Shown here: positions 9,935 to 20,860 of the stretch, piece after piece
Layout: every line of letters starts with the position of its first letter
Numbering within the stretch: the stretch's first letter is position 1
Source: Alkalispirochaeta sp.
GTDB lineage: Bacteria > Spirochaetota > Spirochaetia > DSM-27196 > Alkalispirochaetaceae
Direction of reading: 5' to 3'
Assembly: GCA_965242725.1 (NCBI GenBank)
Contig: CBDESZ010000018.1
Location: forward strand, 96,001-160,000
DNA length: 64,000 nt
The notes under the pieces: model-generated
What the model saw: the letters and a program-made list of their open reading frames with translations, nothing else
Database searches by the model: none
What the model was told of the DNA's origin: nothing
Program-made: the position numbers and the translations under genes

Positions 9935-10472
9935 CATCGCCTCACGACTTCCCGCATTGGTCAGCGCCGGAAGGATAACCCACATCAACCGGGTTGTTGA
10001 TACAATCGGCGACCTTGCCCGACGTTTTCACCTCGACGAAGAGCGGGCTCGCCTTGTCGGACTCGCCCATGACATGGACAGGGATCGGAGCGTGGAGGAA
10101 ATGTTTCGGCTCGTTTCAGCATGGGACGTCCCTGTATCCACGATAGAACGGAAAAATCCGAAACTGCTCCATGGTCCGGTCGCGGCGGAACGGCTGATAC
10201 GGGAGTACGGCGTCAATGATCCGTCGGTGGTAACCGCGGTGCGCCACCACACCCTTGGTTCACCCGACTTCGATTCCATTGGGCTTGCCCTCTATGTTGC
10301 GGATTTCTGTGAACCCGGTCGGAAGTTCCCCGACGATGAAACACGAAGGGAAATACTTGGGCGATCAACGCTGGAAGCCATGGTGAAGGGAATCATAGAA
10401 TTGGCGCGCAGGAAGTATGGTCCGCTTGAAGAACCGACCCGCCAATTGTATGCTCGCCTGGGAGGGAAGTAA
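9897..10472 (+). CDS. yqeK: HD-domain Ap4A hydrolase YqeK
   Basis: RITH..HD..LLHG..RHHT..YVAD motifs, directly after nadD; start uncertain. Confidence 0.88.
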   Translation: MTISDSFPSISNDIASRLPALVSAGRITHINRVVDTIGDLARRFHLDEERARLVGLAHDMDRDRSVEEMFRLVSAWDVPVSTIERKNPKLLHGPVAAERLIREYGVNDPSVVTAVRHHTLGSPDFDSIGLALYVADFCEPGRKFPDDETRREILGRSTLEAMVKGIIELARRKYGPLEEPTRQLYARLGGK

Positions 10473-10474
10473 CG

Positions 10475-11674
10475 GTGCCGACTCGGAGAATCAACGCCAC
10501 CGCCATACTGATGGCGCTGATATGTATCATTATCGCATTGACGGGATGGCTTATATACACGCAGCTCCGTACCGATGCAATCAGCTCGCAGGTTGACTCC
10601 GGAGAGGTCGTTCGCACCCTGTTTGTCGCCTATGACGAGGAACGCCCCTTTCTCACCTTTCTCCTCGTGTACCATCCCGGGACCAGGCGGGCGGCAATGC
10701 TCGATATACCGGGAAATGTCGGCATGGTTCTGCAGCCCCTTGGACGAATCGATCGTATCGATACGATTTTTGACGGATCCGATCCGACGGCGTTCCGGCA
10801 GGCGGTTGAGGAGACGGTGGGGATATCGATACCGCACTGGATCGTCATGAACGAAGGAGAGCTGATAGACTTTATTGATCTCCTGGGCGGCATGGAGATG
10901 TTCATCATCAACGATTATCGCGACATTGAAGAGAGTGAGCCCGTCCTGCTTCCCACCGGCAGCGCCCGACTCAACGGTGAGAAGGCGGTCCAGTACCTGC
11001 GGCTCGCCGAGTCGGGGCCGGCGATGGTTGAAAGCGAACTCGAGCGGGTAGGACGGCGGCAATCCTTTGTTCAGGCGCTCTTCCGCGCCATCCGAGAGAG
11101 CAGGGAGTTTCTCCTCCATCCCGACGTGGTGGATGTACGCAGCGGTATCGTAAACTCATCACTGGAACGGCGCGCGCTTACCTCCTTCTTCAATGAACTG
11201 GCCGAAGTTGATCCCGACCGGCTCGTACGTCGCAGGATACAGGGCACGCTCAGGGACGTGGACGTCGAAGGGACGACGAAGCAGCTGCTCTTCCCTCACT
11301 TTGAGGGACAATGGTTGAGGCAGGCGGTGCGGCAGATGGAATCGACCCTGGCCACACCGGAGGAAGAGATCGGTGAAGAGACACTGGTGACGATGGAGGT
11401 GCTGAACGGAACCTCTTCGTCGGGGCTTGCGCGGAGAACGTCCGAGCTGTACGAGGATTTCGGGTTCGAAGTCCGTCGCTTCGGCAACGCCGAGAGTGAT
11501 CAAATAGAACACACCCTCGTCATCGACAGACGGGGAATAGGAGAAACGGCTGAACGGGTCGCCCGTGTCATCGAGGCCGAGCGCATCGTCGTGGATGTTT
11601 CGGATGAAACGGATGTGGATGTCACCGTAATACTTGGAAGGGATTTTGATGGAACAACAGTCCGCTCGCGATGA
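10475..11674 (+). CDS. LCP (LytR-CpsA-Psr) family protein with LytR C-terminal domain
   Basis: N-terminal TM helix, DFIDLLGG, LNGEKAVQYLR, RRQSF; C-terminal VLNGT..GLA..DVTVILGRDF. Confidence 0.85.
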   Translation: MPTRRINATAILMALICIIIALTGWLIYTQLRTDAISSQVDSGEVVRTLFVAYDEERPFLTFLLVYHPGTRRAAMLDIPGNVGMVLQPLGRIDRIDTIFDGSDPTAFRQAVEETVGISIPHWIVMNEGELIDFIDLLGGMEMFIINDYRDIEESEPVLLPTGSARLNGEKAVQYLRLAESGPAMVESELERVGRRQSFVQALFRAIRESREFLLHPDVVDVRSGIVNSSLERRALTSFFNELAEVDPDRLVRRRIQGTLRDVDVEGTTKQLLFPHFEGQWLRQAVRQMESTLATPEEEIGEETLVTMEVLNGTSSSGLARRTSELYEDFGFEVRRFGNAESDQIEHTLVIDRRGIGETAERVARVIEAERIVVDVSDETDVDVTVILGRDFDGTTVRSR

Positions 11675-12026
11675 TGATCGACGGAAAAATATTGAAGATG
11701 CACGGTCTATTGCGCGGTATCTGGAACAGCACGGCGGTGACGCGGTGGTGGCACTTGATATTTCGCAGCAGTCGTCCTTTGCCGATGCCTTTATTATCGC
11801 ATCGGCCGGGAGCGTCGGGCAGCTGCGCGGCCTCTATAGACGAACCCACGAAATCGTGGATGAACTCCTGCTGACGTCGCATCAGAGCCACAAACGGGAT
11901 GATGAAAGCGGCTGGTTGCTTGTCGATTGCGACAGTGTGGTCGTACACCTCATGCTCGACGAGATCCGGCAATTCTATGAACTGGAAAAACTCTGGTACG
12001 ATGGAGAGGTGATTTTTCCGGATTAG
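11649..12026 (+). CDS. rsfS: Ribosome silencing factor RsfS
   Basis: WLLVDCDSVVVHLM...RQFYELEKLW. Confidence 0.92.
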   Translation: MEQQSARDDDRRKNIEDARSIARYLEQHGGDAVVALDISQQSSFADAFIIASAGSVGQLRGLYRRTHEIVDELLLTSHQSHKRDDESGWLLVDCDSVVVHLMLDEIRQFYELEKLWYDGEVIFPD

Positions 12027-12048
12027 GCGCAGAGATTCGGCATTTTAT

Positions 12049-12076
12049 TTGACAGCTCTCATATGTCCCTTATAAT
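12049..12076 (+). promoter_or_regulatory. sigma70 promoter of spoVG
   Basis: TTGACA-N16-TATAAT, both hexamers consensus. Confidence 0.8.
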
Positions 12077-12110
12077 GACGGTAGAACACGGCCGCGCAGA
12101 GGAGCAACCG

Positions 12111-12419
12111 ATGGATATTACCGATATTCGCGTTCGCCGCGTCGGGGGTGACGGTAAGCTGAAAGCTTACGTAACGGTGACGCTTGACAACTGCTTTGTA
12201 GTTCACAACATTAAGGTGATCCACGGGCGGAACGGCACCTTTATAGCAATGCCCAGCCGGCGGACCAAGACGGGAGAGTACAAGGATGTGGCGCATCCGA
12301 TCAATTCGGACTTTCGTCGAATCCTTCAGGAACGCGTTCTCGCGGCGTACGAAGAAGCACAAAATGACCCCGATGCGCAGTCGGTTGACCCGGATGATGA
12401 GGATCATTCGGACTACTAA
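12111..12419 (+). CDS. spoVG: SpoVG family nucleic-acid-binding protein
   Basis: [56 protein letters not shown]. Confidence 0.95.
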   Translation: MDITDIRVRRVGGDGKLKAYVTVTLDNCFVVHNIKVIHGRNGTFIAMPSRRTKTGEYKDVAHPINSDFRRILQERVLAAYEEAQNDPDAQSVDPDDEDHSDY

Positions 12420-12445
12420 TCCCGGGCCACAGCGATAGGGAACTC

Positions 12446-12475
12446 TTGACGCCTCCCTTGGAAACGGAGTATGGT
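12446..12475 (+). promoter_or_regulatory. sigma70 promoter of tRNA-Gln/rplY
   Basis: TTGACG-N18-TATGGT. Confidence 0.5.
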
Positions 12476-12496
12476 TGCGCCTCAAATAACAGGTCA

Positions 12497-12568
12497 TGGG
12501 GCGTAGCCAAGCGGTAAGGCACCGGGTTTTGATCCCGGCATGCGTAGGTTCGAATCCTGCCGCCCCAG
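12497..12568 (+). tRNA. tRNA-Gln(TTG)
   Basis: Cloverleaf: acceptor TGGGGCG/CGCCCCA, anticodon arm CCGGG-TTTTGAT-CCCGG, T-loop TTCGAAT; CCA not encoded. Confidence 0.96.
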
Positions 12569-12594
12569 TACTTTTTGAGTTTAAGGAGACTCGC

Positions 12595-13233
12595 ATGGAA
12601 CAGAAAGTTCTTACCGGGGTGACTCGTACTACTAACGGCAAAGGAGCCGCTCGCGCGCTCCGCAGAGCGGGTCGTATTCCCGCGGTGGTATACGGTCACT
12701 CTGATCCGGTATCGGTATCGATTGAGGCTCGTGAGTTTCACAAGGAGTTTCACACGGTATCGGAAAGCACCCTCATTACCCTGAAACTGGAAAAAGACGA
12801 TAGAACGGTTCTTATCAAAGACTACTCGGAAGATATCACCAACGGCGATATACTCCATATCGACTTTTTCGAGATTGAACAGGGCAAGAAACTGCACACC
12901 CGTATCGCGGTGGAACTCATCGGTTCGCCCGTCGGTGTTCGCGAGGGTGGAATCCTTGAGCACACGCTCTACGAGGTTGATATCGAGTGTCTTCCAAAGG
13001 ATATACCCGAGCATCTCACCGTGGACGTGAGTCAGCTCAAACAGGGTGACTCAATTCACATCGCCGACATCTCCCTGCCCGAGGGAGTGGTGATTCTCAA
13101 CAACGCAGACCAGACTGTTGCCTCCGTAACGACGCCGCGTGCGGTGATCGAGGAAGAGGAAGAGGAAGAAGAGGCGGCGGCAGGTGAAGTCCCTGTTGTC
13201 GGTGAAGAAGAGGAAGAATCCGAAGAAGAGTGA
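12595..13233 (+). CDS. rplY: 50S ribosomal protein L25/Ctc
   Basis: GKGAARALRRAGRIPAVVYG, ILHIDF, Ctc C-terminal domain, acidic tail; SD AAGGAG. Confidence 0.95.
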   Translation: MEQKVLTGVTRTTNGKGAARALRRAGRIPAVVYGHSDPVSVSIEAREFHKEFHTVSESTLITLKLEKDDRTVLIKDYSEDITNGDILHIDFFEIEQGKKLHTRIAVELIGSPVGVREGGILEHTLYEVDIECLPKDIPEHLTVDVSQLKQGDSIHIADISLPEGVVILNNADQTVASVTTPRAVIEEEEEEEEAAAGEVPVVGEEEEESEEE

Positions 13234-13844
13234 CACCGTCACTTTCGTATTTGCTGTTAGGCCTCGGGAATCCGGGGTCTCAATACGCGGGGACGCGGCA
13301 CAATGTGGGTTTCGAGGCGATCGACGCTATCGCGGAACGTACAACGTGCCGTCTCCGTAAACTATTCTTTCGCCCCCTGATTCTCGGTGCGTTTGGTGCC
13401 GATGCCGGCCCGTTCGCTTCGTCATTTGTCTGCGCCAAACCGCTGACCTATATGAACAAGAGCGGCGACGTACTGCCGTATCTCCTCAGAAAGTTCGATC
13501 TGCGTCCGTCGCGCATCTGTGTCATAACGGACAACATGGATCTTGCCCCCGGGGAAATCAGAATGAAACAGCGGGGAGGAACGTCCCGTCACAACGGTCT
13601 GCGTTCGATCACGGCCACGCTGGAAACGTCACATTTTTCCCGCATCTATATCGGAATCGGCCGGCCCGAGCGATCGGATGGTGTGGTTGAACACGTCCTG
13701 GGCCGCTTTTCACCGGAAGACGCCGAGCTGACACGTATGGCAATCGGGCGCCTGGCATCGGTTTTTCAGTCTCCGACGTTCACATCTCTGGAACAGCTGA
13801 TCACCCTCGTCAATGATCAGCGACGACCGGAACAAGATCTTTGA
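13230..13844 (+). CDS. pth: Peptidyl-tRNA hydrolase
   Basis: GLGNPG, TRHNVGF, KPLTYMNKSG, HNGLRSI. Confidence 0.94.
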   Translation: MTPSLSYLLLGLGNPGSQYAGTRHNVGFEAIDAIAERTTCRLRKLFFRPLILGAFGADAGPFASSFVCAKPLTYMNKSGDVLPYLLRKFDLRPSRICVITDNMDLAPGEIRMKQRGGTSRHNGLRSITATLETSHFSRIYIGIGRPERSDGVVEHVLGRFSPEDAELTRMAIGRLASVFQSPTFTSLEQLITLVNDQRRPEQDL

Positions 13845-15210
13845 AATGAAGCGGCTTCCATCGCGACCGGAAGAACTTCCGACATTTGTGACGGCCACAA
13901 TCGACTCGCTGACGGGAGGAAAACGTCCTCCTGTCATTCTGGCGTGTTCAGGCGGTCGTGACAGCGTCGTTCTCGCCGATGCCGTCGTCCGCGGCGGGTA
14001 CCCGTCGGTTATACTCGGTCATATCAACCACGGTCTGCGACCGGACGACGAAACTCGTGCCGACCGCCGGGTGGTGACCGCGCTTGCCCGCAGGCTGGGC
14101 ATAGAGTGCGTTCTGCGGGAGGTGACGATCGGACTCCTCGACGCGACCGGGGACGGTGAGGGTGTAGAAGCGCGTGCCCGTTTTCACCGCTATCGTCTCC
14201 TTCACGCAATAGCTGAAGAGGCAGGGGACGGCGCGGTAATTGTCACCGCCCACCACAGGGGTGATCAGGCGGAAACGATCCTTATGCGTATTCTTTCCGG
14301 TCGGTCGCCGTTTTCCGCAGTTTCAATACCTGTTTGGAGAGCAGGCGTATCCGGAAGTACCGCGATACTCCGACCCCTTTTGAATATCCACCCGGAACTC
14401 ATCGCCGCCTATGCGGCAAAGCATAACCTCATCTGGCATGATGATTCCACGAACGAGGACAATCGTTACCTGCGGAACTACGTCAGGAATGCGCTCATTC
14501 CCCAGGTTGGGCACCGCTTTCCGGGTATCGCAGACTCCCTCGTTAACCTCGGGACGGACATCGAGGCGCTCAGAAATGCATTGACGGCACTGATACCCGC
14601 CGCGGCATGGGGAAGCTACGAGGGTGAAGATCGATGGAGCGTGCCGGTTTCCGAAGTATCGGAGTTACCCTTTGCGGCGATGGAACTCATATTCCGCAGC
14701 GCCGTCCACCGCGTTTCCGCGGACAACCGTCTGTCATTTGCGGCGGTACGTGATTTTCTTCACCGGTCCTTTGCGGAAGACGGTGCCGGACCCGGCGGCT
14801 CAACCGCCGTATCCGATATCGTTGTCTCGATTCAAGACGGCTCGATTGTCGTTCAACGTGCTGTTGTCCCGATCATTGAAAGTGGGTATCTTTTTGTGGT
14901 ACCGAAGGATGAACCGGTGGTTTTTGCCGGTATGACTGTGGAACTTGGTGATTCCCGTTCCGGCACTGTGAAAGATATCCACTGGGGGCCGGTTACACCG
15001 CCGGTCGTTGTAAGAAGCTCCCGCGCCGGTGACCGGCTCTATCGCAAGGCCAAGGAGACCGGAGGCAAGGGGAGCAGCGTAGTGGAAGACATCGCCGGTA
15101 CAGTCGGAGAGTTTTCCAATGATGGAAAAGATGTTGTCGGACCGGGACAAGAGCGGAATACCGACGACACGCCACGGGGACCGTATATTCGTGTACAATT
15201 CAACAGCTGA
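13813..15210 (+). CDS. tilS: tRNA(Ile)-lysidine synthase
   Basis: SGGRDS PP-loop, HINHGLR, TAHHRGDQAET, LRPLL, DSTNED..YLRNYVR; start uncertain. Confidence 0.92.
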   Translation: MISDDRNKIFEMKRLPSRPEELPTFVTATIDSLTGGKRPPVILACSGGRDSVVLADAVVRGGYPSVILGHINHGLRPDDETRADRRVVTALARRLGIECVLREVTIGLLDATGDGEGVEARARFHRYRLLHAIAEEAGDGAVIVTAHHRGDQAETILMRILSGRSPFSAVSIPVWRAGVSGSTAILRPLLNIHPELIAAYAAKHNLIWHDDSTNEDNRYLRNYVRNALIPQVGHRFPGIADSLVNLGTDIEALRNALTALIPAAAWGSYEGEDRWSVPVSEVSELPFAAMELIFRSAVHRVSADNRLSFAAVRDFLHRSFAEDGAGPGGSTAVSDIVVSIQDGSIVVQRAVVPIIESGYLFVVPKDEPVVFAGMTVELGDSRSGTVKDIHWGPVTPPVVVRSSRAGDRLYRKAKETGGKGSSVVEDIAGTVGEFSNDGKDVVGPGQERNTDDTPRGPYIRVQFNS

Positions 15211-15224
15211 GGTAGTAATAAGCT

Positions 15225-17141
15225 ATGCAGAATGGAAATGATTCCGGACCGGGAGGATCCGGAAATCAAAACAACGATAACAACAACTTCAATTTTAACT
15301 TCAGAAACAACAGATTCGCCCTCATTTTTCTGATCGCTCTGTTAGGCATGTTTGTGGTCATGCTCTTCTCAAATACCCAGACGACGGGACGGGAAATTGC
15401 ATACTCACAGTTTCTCGGATACCTCCGGGAAGGGCAGGTCGAGTCCGTTCAAATTATCGACCAGTACGAGATTCAGGGAACACTGCGCGGTGCCGGCGGG
15501 GAGACCCAGAGCTTTGTCACCAACATACCCTATTTCGACGACGAGCTGATTACGCTTCTCAGGGAACAGGGTGTCAGGTTCTCCGGCTCTCCGCGGCCGG
15601 TTTCACCATTCCAGGTGCTCCTTGAGTTTCTTCCGTGGATGATCGGATTCTTCTTCATCTGGTTCATGTTCCGCCAGGTTCAGGGGAGCGGCAACCGCGC
15701 CTTTTCCTTCGGGAAGAGCAAGGCAAAGCGCTATCTCGATGAAGGGGTGAAAATCACCTTTGACGATGTGGCGGGACAGAATGAAGCGAAGTACGAGCTC
15801 CAGGAGATCGTCGAATTTCTGAAGAATCCCCAGAAATTTACCCGCATCGGTGCCAAGATTCCCAAAGGCGTTCTCCTCGTCGGAATGCCGGGCACGGGTA
15901 AAACGCTGCTCGCAAAGGCGAGCGCCGGAGAAGCGGGAGTTTCCTTTTTCCATATGAGCGGGTCCGATTTTGTTGAAATGTTTGTCGGCGTCGGTGCCAG
16001 TCGCGTCCGGGATCTCTTTGAGCAGGGACGGAAGAACGCACCGTGTATCATCTTTATTGACGAGCTGGACGCCGTTGGACGTACCCGTGGTGCCGGGTAC
16101 GGTGGCGGACATGACGAGCGGGAACAGACACTCAACCAGATGCTGGTTGAAATGGACGGGTTTGACACGAAGGATGGGGTTATCGTCCTTGCGGCGACAA
16201 ACCGCCCCGACGTCCTTGATCCCGCCATACTCCGTCCGGGACGATTTGACCGCCAGGTGATGGTCGATATGCCCGATATGGTCGAGCGGGAAGCGATTCT
16301 TCGCGTTCACTGTAACAAGATAAAATTGCACCCCACGGTAAATCTCAACCGTATCGCCCGGGCAACTCCGGGTTCAAGCGGTGCAGATCTCGCCAATCTG
16401 GTGAATGAAGCGGCGCTTTATGCAGCGCGCAAGAACAAAGAGGTCGTCGAGGATGAGGATTTTGAAGAGGCCCGGGACAAGATCCTCATGGGAGTGGCCC
16501 GGAAATCGCGGATCATCAATGACGACGAAAAACTCAAGACTGCCCGTCATGAAGCGGGACACGCGCTGCTGCACTTCTATTTGAAGAACGCCGATCCCCT
16601 CCACAAAGTCACCGTCATACCCCGGGGACGTGCACTTGGGGTCGCTTTTTCACTGCCTGAACAGGACAGCTACAGTAAAGGTGTCGGATATCTGGAAGAC
16701 CGCATTAAGATCGCCTACGGCGGATATGTCGCGGAGCGGCTCTTCTATAACGAAACGACGACGGGTGTCCAGAATGACCTCAAACAGGCGACGGAAATGG
16801 CCCGCCGGATGGTCACGGAGTGGGGCATGAGTCGTCTGGGACCGCAGTCCTTCGGCCAGGAGGATGAGCCGATCTTTCTTGGAAAAGAGATTGCGACCCA
16901 CAAGGACTATTCGGAGTCCACGGCGCAGCAGATAGACGGCGAGGTGCGGCGCATCCTCGACGAGTGTTATAACGATGCGGAAAGAATTCTCACGGAACAT
17001 AAGGACCAGCTTGAAAAGCTGGCTCACGCCCTCGTGGAGAAAGAGACCCTTACGGACGGTGAAATCCGCGAGATGTTTGGATTCCCCGCCCGGCCACGGA
17101 CAAATGAAGGGGACGGTCGGGAGAGCGGTGAACTGGAGTAG
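15225..17141 (+). CDS. ftsH: ATP-dependent zinc metalloprotease FtsH
   Basis: Two TM helices, [28 protein letters not shown]. Confidence 0.98.
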   Translation: MQNGNDSGPGGSGNQNNDNNNFNFNFRNNRFALIFLIALLGMFVVMLFSNTQTTGREIAYSQFLGYLREGQVESVQIIDQYEIQGTLRGAGGETQSFVTNIPYFDDELITLLREQGVRFSGSPRPVSPFQVLLEFLPWMIGFFFIWFMFRQVQGSGNRAFSFGKSKAKRYLDEGVKITFDDVAGQNEAKYELQEIVEFLKNPQKFTRIGAKIPKGVLLVGMPGTGKTLLAKASAGEAGVSFFHMSGSDFVEMFVGVGASRVRDLFEQGRKNAPCIIFIDELDAVGRTRGAGYGGGHDEREQTLNQMLVEMDGFDTKDGVIVLAATNRPDVLDPAILRPGRFDRQVMVDMPDMVEREAILRVHCNKIKLHPTVNLNRIARATPGSSGADLANLVNEAALYAARKNKEVVEDEDFEEARDKILMGVARKSRIINDDEKLKTARHEAGHALLHFYLKNADPLHKVTVIPRGRALGVAFSLPEQDSYSKGVGYLEDRIKIAYGGYVAERLFYNETTTGVQNDLKQATEMARRMVTEWGMSRLGPQSFGQEDEPIFLGKEIATHKDYSESTAQQIDGEVRRILDECYNDAERILTEHKDQLEKLAHALVEKETLTDGEIREMFGFPARPRTNEGDGRESGELE

Positions 17142-18579
17142 GAGATCCCGTATTACACCTCTCTTTCTCGTCGTACTCGCCATTGTCTGCACCCTTCCGG
17201 GAGGGGTTGCGGCTCAGGAGCAGGGTGTCGTCACCGGCGAAACGGGTGAAGAACTCTACCGGGATATCGCCGATGCCGTCGTCCGGCAGGTACTTCGTGA
17301 CGGCCTCGGTAACACCACCACGAGAGAATTGCTCCAGCGCGCTCGCCGTGTGGATCCGGAAAACGGCGACGCCCTCTATCTTTCAGCATCGCTTTTAACT
17401 GACCTGCAGTCCCGGCAGGTGGAACGGGAGGGCCTCCTGCGCGCAGCCCTCGCGGGAAGGTTGAACCGCATTTCCCGGCAACGTGTCGTAATCGCCCTTG
17501 GAGAGCTCCTGTACGGGCAGCGGCGGTACCGGGAAGTCCTTGACCTCTTCCATAATGAAGCCGCCTCAGGAACGATCGCGCTGCCCCTGCATGAAGGGGT
17601 GTTACCGGTACAGGAGGGGGATACGGGTATTCCCCAACTTGCAGATTCTTCCACGGCAACCGTCGGGGAGGCTGAAAAGCTCTACCTTGCGGCACGGCTG
17701 CACATTGGACCCTATTGGTATATGGGAGCGTACCTGCAGCGATTGCGTTCCCGTTTTCCCGATGATGCGGAGCTTGCCTACCTTGATTTTTCCCGGGAAG
17801 AGCGGGTTTCCCTGTCGGTTCTCGAATGGATGGACAACCGCCATCTCACCGGTCGATCGGTTCCTCCGGAGCTGCTGATTCATACAATACGTACCGCTCC
17901 TTCGGAATCCATTCGCAGAGATTTGGGAACGCTTTATGTTGAACAGGGCGGCTCAGATATTCTCGCCCGTCTTGCCGTCAATGACACGGAGAGAAATGCA
18001 TCACCGGAGGTGGAGTCGTCGGATAAACTCTACTGGGAGTATCTTCACCGTTGGTACGGGAACGACGCGTCGACACCCACGGGCGAAACGATGCAAGGGT
18101 ACCATACGCTCGTCCTTGATGAAGACCGCGACTCTTTCTGGGAGGAACGATACCATCTGAACGGTGACGCCCTGCACACCTGGGAGCGGGACGCCGATGA
18201 AAACGGCATCGTCGATGGACGGGTTGAATTTCACACGTCTCCGATGATTACCGTATATCTCGCGTCCGACAACCGGTCGGTGACTGAGATTCGCTACGCT
18301 CCCTATCCAATGGTCACCCGGGTATCGCAGATACACCTTGAGCCCTCCCGTTCGGTCACGGTATGGACACCCGCCCGCCCGCCGAGGGTGCCCGCCGGTC
18401 TGGAAGAGGAGTTGGGAAATGGGTGGAACCCCTACGTAGATCGACTGACTCTTGACCCAGGTATGCTCAATCGATTTGAACGTCAGCTCGCTTCCGATGA
18501 TGCCCGTACCGGTCGTCCCGAAGAATTTGATTTCTTCATGGACGCCCTGCGGCAGAAAAATTTGGTCGTCTTTCCATGA
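17128..18579 (+). CDS. Exported hypothetical protein, TPR-like N-terminus and DxDxDG-like loops
   Basis: Signal peptide (…LFLVVLAIVCTLPGGVAA/QEQ), helical repeats (VDPENGDALYL), DEDRDS and DADENG motifs; GTG start inferred. Confidence 0.6.
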   Translation: MNWSRRSRITPLFLVVLAIVCTLPGGVAAQEQGVVTGETGEELYRDIADAVVRQVLRDGLGNTTTRELLQRARRVDPENGDALYLSASLLTDLQSRQVEREGLLRAALAGRLNRISRQRVVIALGELLYGQRRYREVLDLFHNEAASGTIALPLHEGVLPVQEGDTGIPQLADSSTATVGEAEKLYLAARLHIGPYWYMGAYLQRLRSRFPDDAELAYLDFSREERVSLSVLEWMDNRHLTGRSVPPELLIHTIRTAPSESIRRDLGTLYVEQGGSDILARLAVNDTERNASPEVESSDKLYWEYLHRWYGNDASTPTGETMQGYHTLVLDEDRDSFWEERYHLNGDALHTWERDADENGIVDGRVEFHTSPMITVYLASDNRSVTEIRYAPYPMVTRVSQIHLEPSRSVTVWTPARPPRVPAGLEEELGNGWNPYVDRLTLDPGMLNRFERQLASDDARTGRPEEFDFFMDALRQKNLVVFP

Positions 18580-20417
18580 AATATTTTTCCCCCATGGTAT
18601 TCCTGTTTGTCCTTCTCACGGGGTGTGTGACGCCTCCCGAGGAGGTAAGTAAGGAACGATTTACCCGTACATCACTTCTCCTCGAAGCCATAGAAGAGGA
18701 CTTTACAGCCGGCGAGTGGGGGCCGTTTATCAATACTGTCCAATACGGATATGACCGACAACTCCTTACCGGTGAAGAACGGGCGGGATACCTTCGGCGA
18801 TATGTTGAAAAAATGTACGAAATGTATCGTGTCGCCATTGAGAACGGCGAGTACGGAACGGCGCTGGCGGCTCAGGGAAACATAACCTTTTTCTCTGAGC
18901 GTGCGGCGGCGGTCAATATGGAGTTACCTCCCGGCACGGTACGGAGTCGGGACGATCTGATTCTGGAGTGGGCGGAGCACCTGCGGGAAAATGGTGAGGA
19001 AGTTCTTGCGCTCTACCGTATCCTGAGGCGCAGTCACCTCGGTGACATACCGGAAGAGGTGCTCCTTCGCTACATTGATATAGCCCGCCGCTATAACCAC
19101 GACGAAGGGCTTTCACGCTTTATCCTCGCCGCGGAGCGGATGAACCTGACCGTACCGCCGGCGGAGAATGATCTTGCGTCCCCTGACGATGAGCCGGCGG
19201 TGATGCTTCCCGGTACGGTCACGGTGTGGGTCAACAAAGGTATTCGCATTCAGGAAGGAGTCGGTGTTCCGGACCGGGTCATCGGGAGCGGATTTTTTGT
19301 CGATCCCCGTGGCTTTATTTTAACCAACTACCACGTCATCGAGAGTGAAGTCGATCCGACCTATGAGGGCTTTTCCCGCCTTTTCATTAAGCTGCCCGGT
19401 CGACCCGATGAACGCGTGCCGGCCAGGGTTGTCGGATACGACAGGATTTTTGACCTCGCCCTGCTGAAGGTTGAGATCGATCCATCCTACGTCTTCTCCC
19501 TCAGCGATACCAGGGAACTGGAGCCGGGGGAACGGGTATTCGCCCTCGGTTCACCGGGCGGACTGGACAGCACAATCACATCGGGTATCGTTTCCGCTGC
19601 AGGGCGCCGATTTCTCCAGATGGGAGACGCCATACAGGTGGACGTGCCGATCAATCCGGGAAACAGCGGAGGTCCACTGGTCCTGCCGGAAGGACAGGTC
19701 GCAGGTGTCGTCTTTGCGGGACTGCAGCAGTTTGAAGGGATAAACTTTGCCATACCCTCCTACTGGATTCGACATTTCTTTCCCGAACTCTTTCGGGAAG
19801 GGGAAGTTGTCCATCCATGGCTTGGTATCAGTGTCCGGGAGACGTCGGAGGGACTCGAAGTCATCTATGTAAAACCCGACTCGCCGGCGGGCGATGCCGG
19901 TGTTTCCGCGGGCGATGTGCTCCTCCAGATATCAAATGATCCCGTGAAAAAGATCGCCCGTGCACAGGACCACATACTGGGAAATCGTGTCGGCTCAGTT
20001 GTCGACACACTCTGGAAAACCCCTCCCCAGGAAGGATCGGAGAACCAGGAGCGTCCATCACCGGAGGACGACGTGCGACGGTATATCGCACTTGGTCCGC
20101 GCCCGTTCAGTCCCGTGGAAGAAGCGTTGGAACGACAGCCTATCGAGTCCCTTTTTCCCGTCCTCTTTGGAATCACCGTTGAAGATGTCGGCGGCACACC
20201 CTGGGGACCGGACTATGTGATCACGGAAGTATATCCCGGCTCGATCGCCGATGAGTCAAGCCTTTCCGTCGATGATCCCTTTGCCTTGCGGAACTGGAAG
20301 ATCGATGAGGAATTACGGGCCGCTTTCATTCAAATCATCATAAAAAAGAAAAAAGCAGGTTTTATCGAATCGGGTGTCCAATTAGGTGCATATCTGGAAA
20401 CCGATTCATTTCTGTAG
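18576..20417 (+). CDS. HtrA/S1C serine protease lipoprotein with PDZ domain
   Basis: Lipobox LTGC; catalytic triad motifs TNYHV, FDLAL, GNSGGP; PDZ WLGI..SPAGDAG. Confidence 0.9.
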   Translation: MKYFSPMVFLFVLLTGCVTPPEEVSKERFTRTSLLLEAIEEDFTAGEWGPFINTVQYGYDRQLLTGEERAGYLRRYVEKMYEMYRVAIENGEYGTALAAQGNITFFSERAAAVNMELPPGTVRSRDDLILEWAEHLRENGEEVLALYRILRRSHLGDIPEEVLLRYIDIARRYNHDEGLSRFILAAERMNLTVPPAENDLASPDDEPAVMLPGTVTVWVNKGIRIQEGVGVPDRVIGSGFFVDPRGFILTNYHVIESEVDPTYEGFSRLFIKLPGRPDERVPARVVGYDRIFDLALLKVEIDPSYVFSLSDTRELEPGERVFALGSPGGLDSTITSGIVSAAGRRFLQMGDAIQVDVPINPGNSGGPLVLPEGQVAGVVFAGLQQFEGINFAIPSYWIRHFFPELFREGEVVHPWLGISVRETSEGLEVIYVKPDSPAGDAGVSAGDVLLQISNDPVKKIARAQDHILGNRVGSVVDTLWKTPPQEGSENQERPSPEDDVRRYIALGPRPFSPVEEALERQPIESLFPVLFGITVEDVGGTPWGPDYVITEVYPGSIADESSLSVDDPFALRNWKIDEELRAAFIQIIIKKKKAGFIESGVQLGAYLETDSFL

Positions 20418-20479
20418 ACGAACCTGTGCGTTCGTCGGATTTTGTACTATAGTGTCCATAGATAAGGATATTGATTTCT

Positions 20480-20860
20480 ATGAGCACCAAGGTACATATC
20501 GTAACGATAGACGATGATCTCGCGCTGCCCCATGTCATTGGTATAGTGGATCAACTGAAAAAGAGTATAGATCGCTACAAGTCGACGGTCCTTCAGCTCG
20601 CGGGAGTCGAAGATATCGATCTGGCGGGCATACAGTTGCTCCATTCCTCCCGTCGATACGCGGAAGGCAAAAACAGGGAATTTCACCTCGTCGGAGACGT
20701 CAGTTCTCTCGTGGCTGAGCGGCTCGTAAAGTCAGGGTTTATTTCCGAAAGTACGAACGACGGTAAAGGGCTGGAACGACTGCTTTTTGACGGTCCGCAG
20801 TCGGACGGGTCCTCAACCGCGACGGTGGGGACGAATCCGGGAGATACAACCGATGCTTGA
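20480..20860 (+). CDS. STAS domain protein
   Basis: LQLAGVEDIDLAGIQLL motif; directly upstream of cheA. Confidence 0.8.
   Translation: MSTKVHIVTIDDDLALPHVIGIVDQLKKSIDRYKSTVLQLAGVEDIDLAGIQLLHSSRRYAEGKNREFHLVGDVSSLVAERLVKSGFISESTNDGKGLERLLFDGPQSDGSSTATVGTNPGDTTDA

Noticed and set aside
12111..12419. spoVG and GerMN as evidence of sporulation
   Set aside because: Both families occur in non-sporulating bacteria including spirochaetes; no sporulation genes are present.
12496..12594. N-terminal extension of rplY in the ORF track (MGRSQAVRH...)
   Set aside because: It is the tRNA-Gln sequence read in frame; the real start is 12595 after AAGGAG.
15225..15320. Asn-rich AAC repeats at the ftsH 5' end; Glu-rich tail of rplY
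   Set aside because: Low-complexity coding sequence, not a repeat array or CRISPR.
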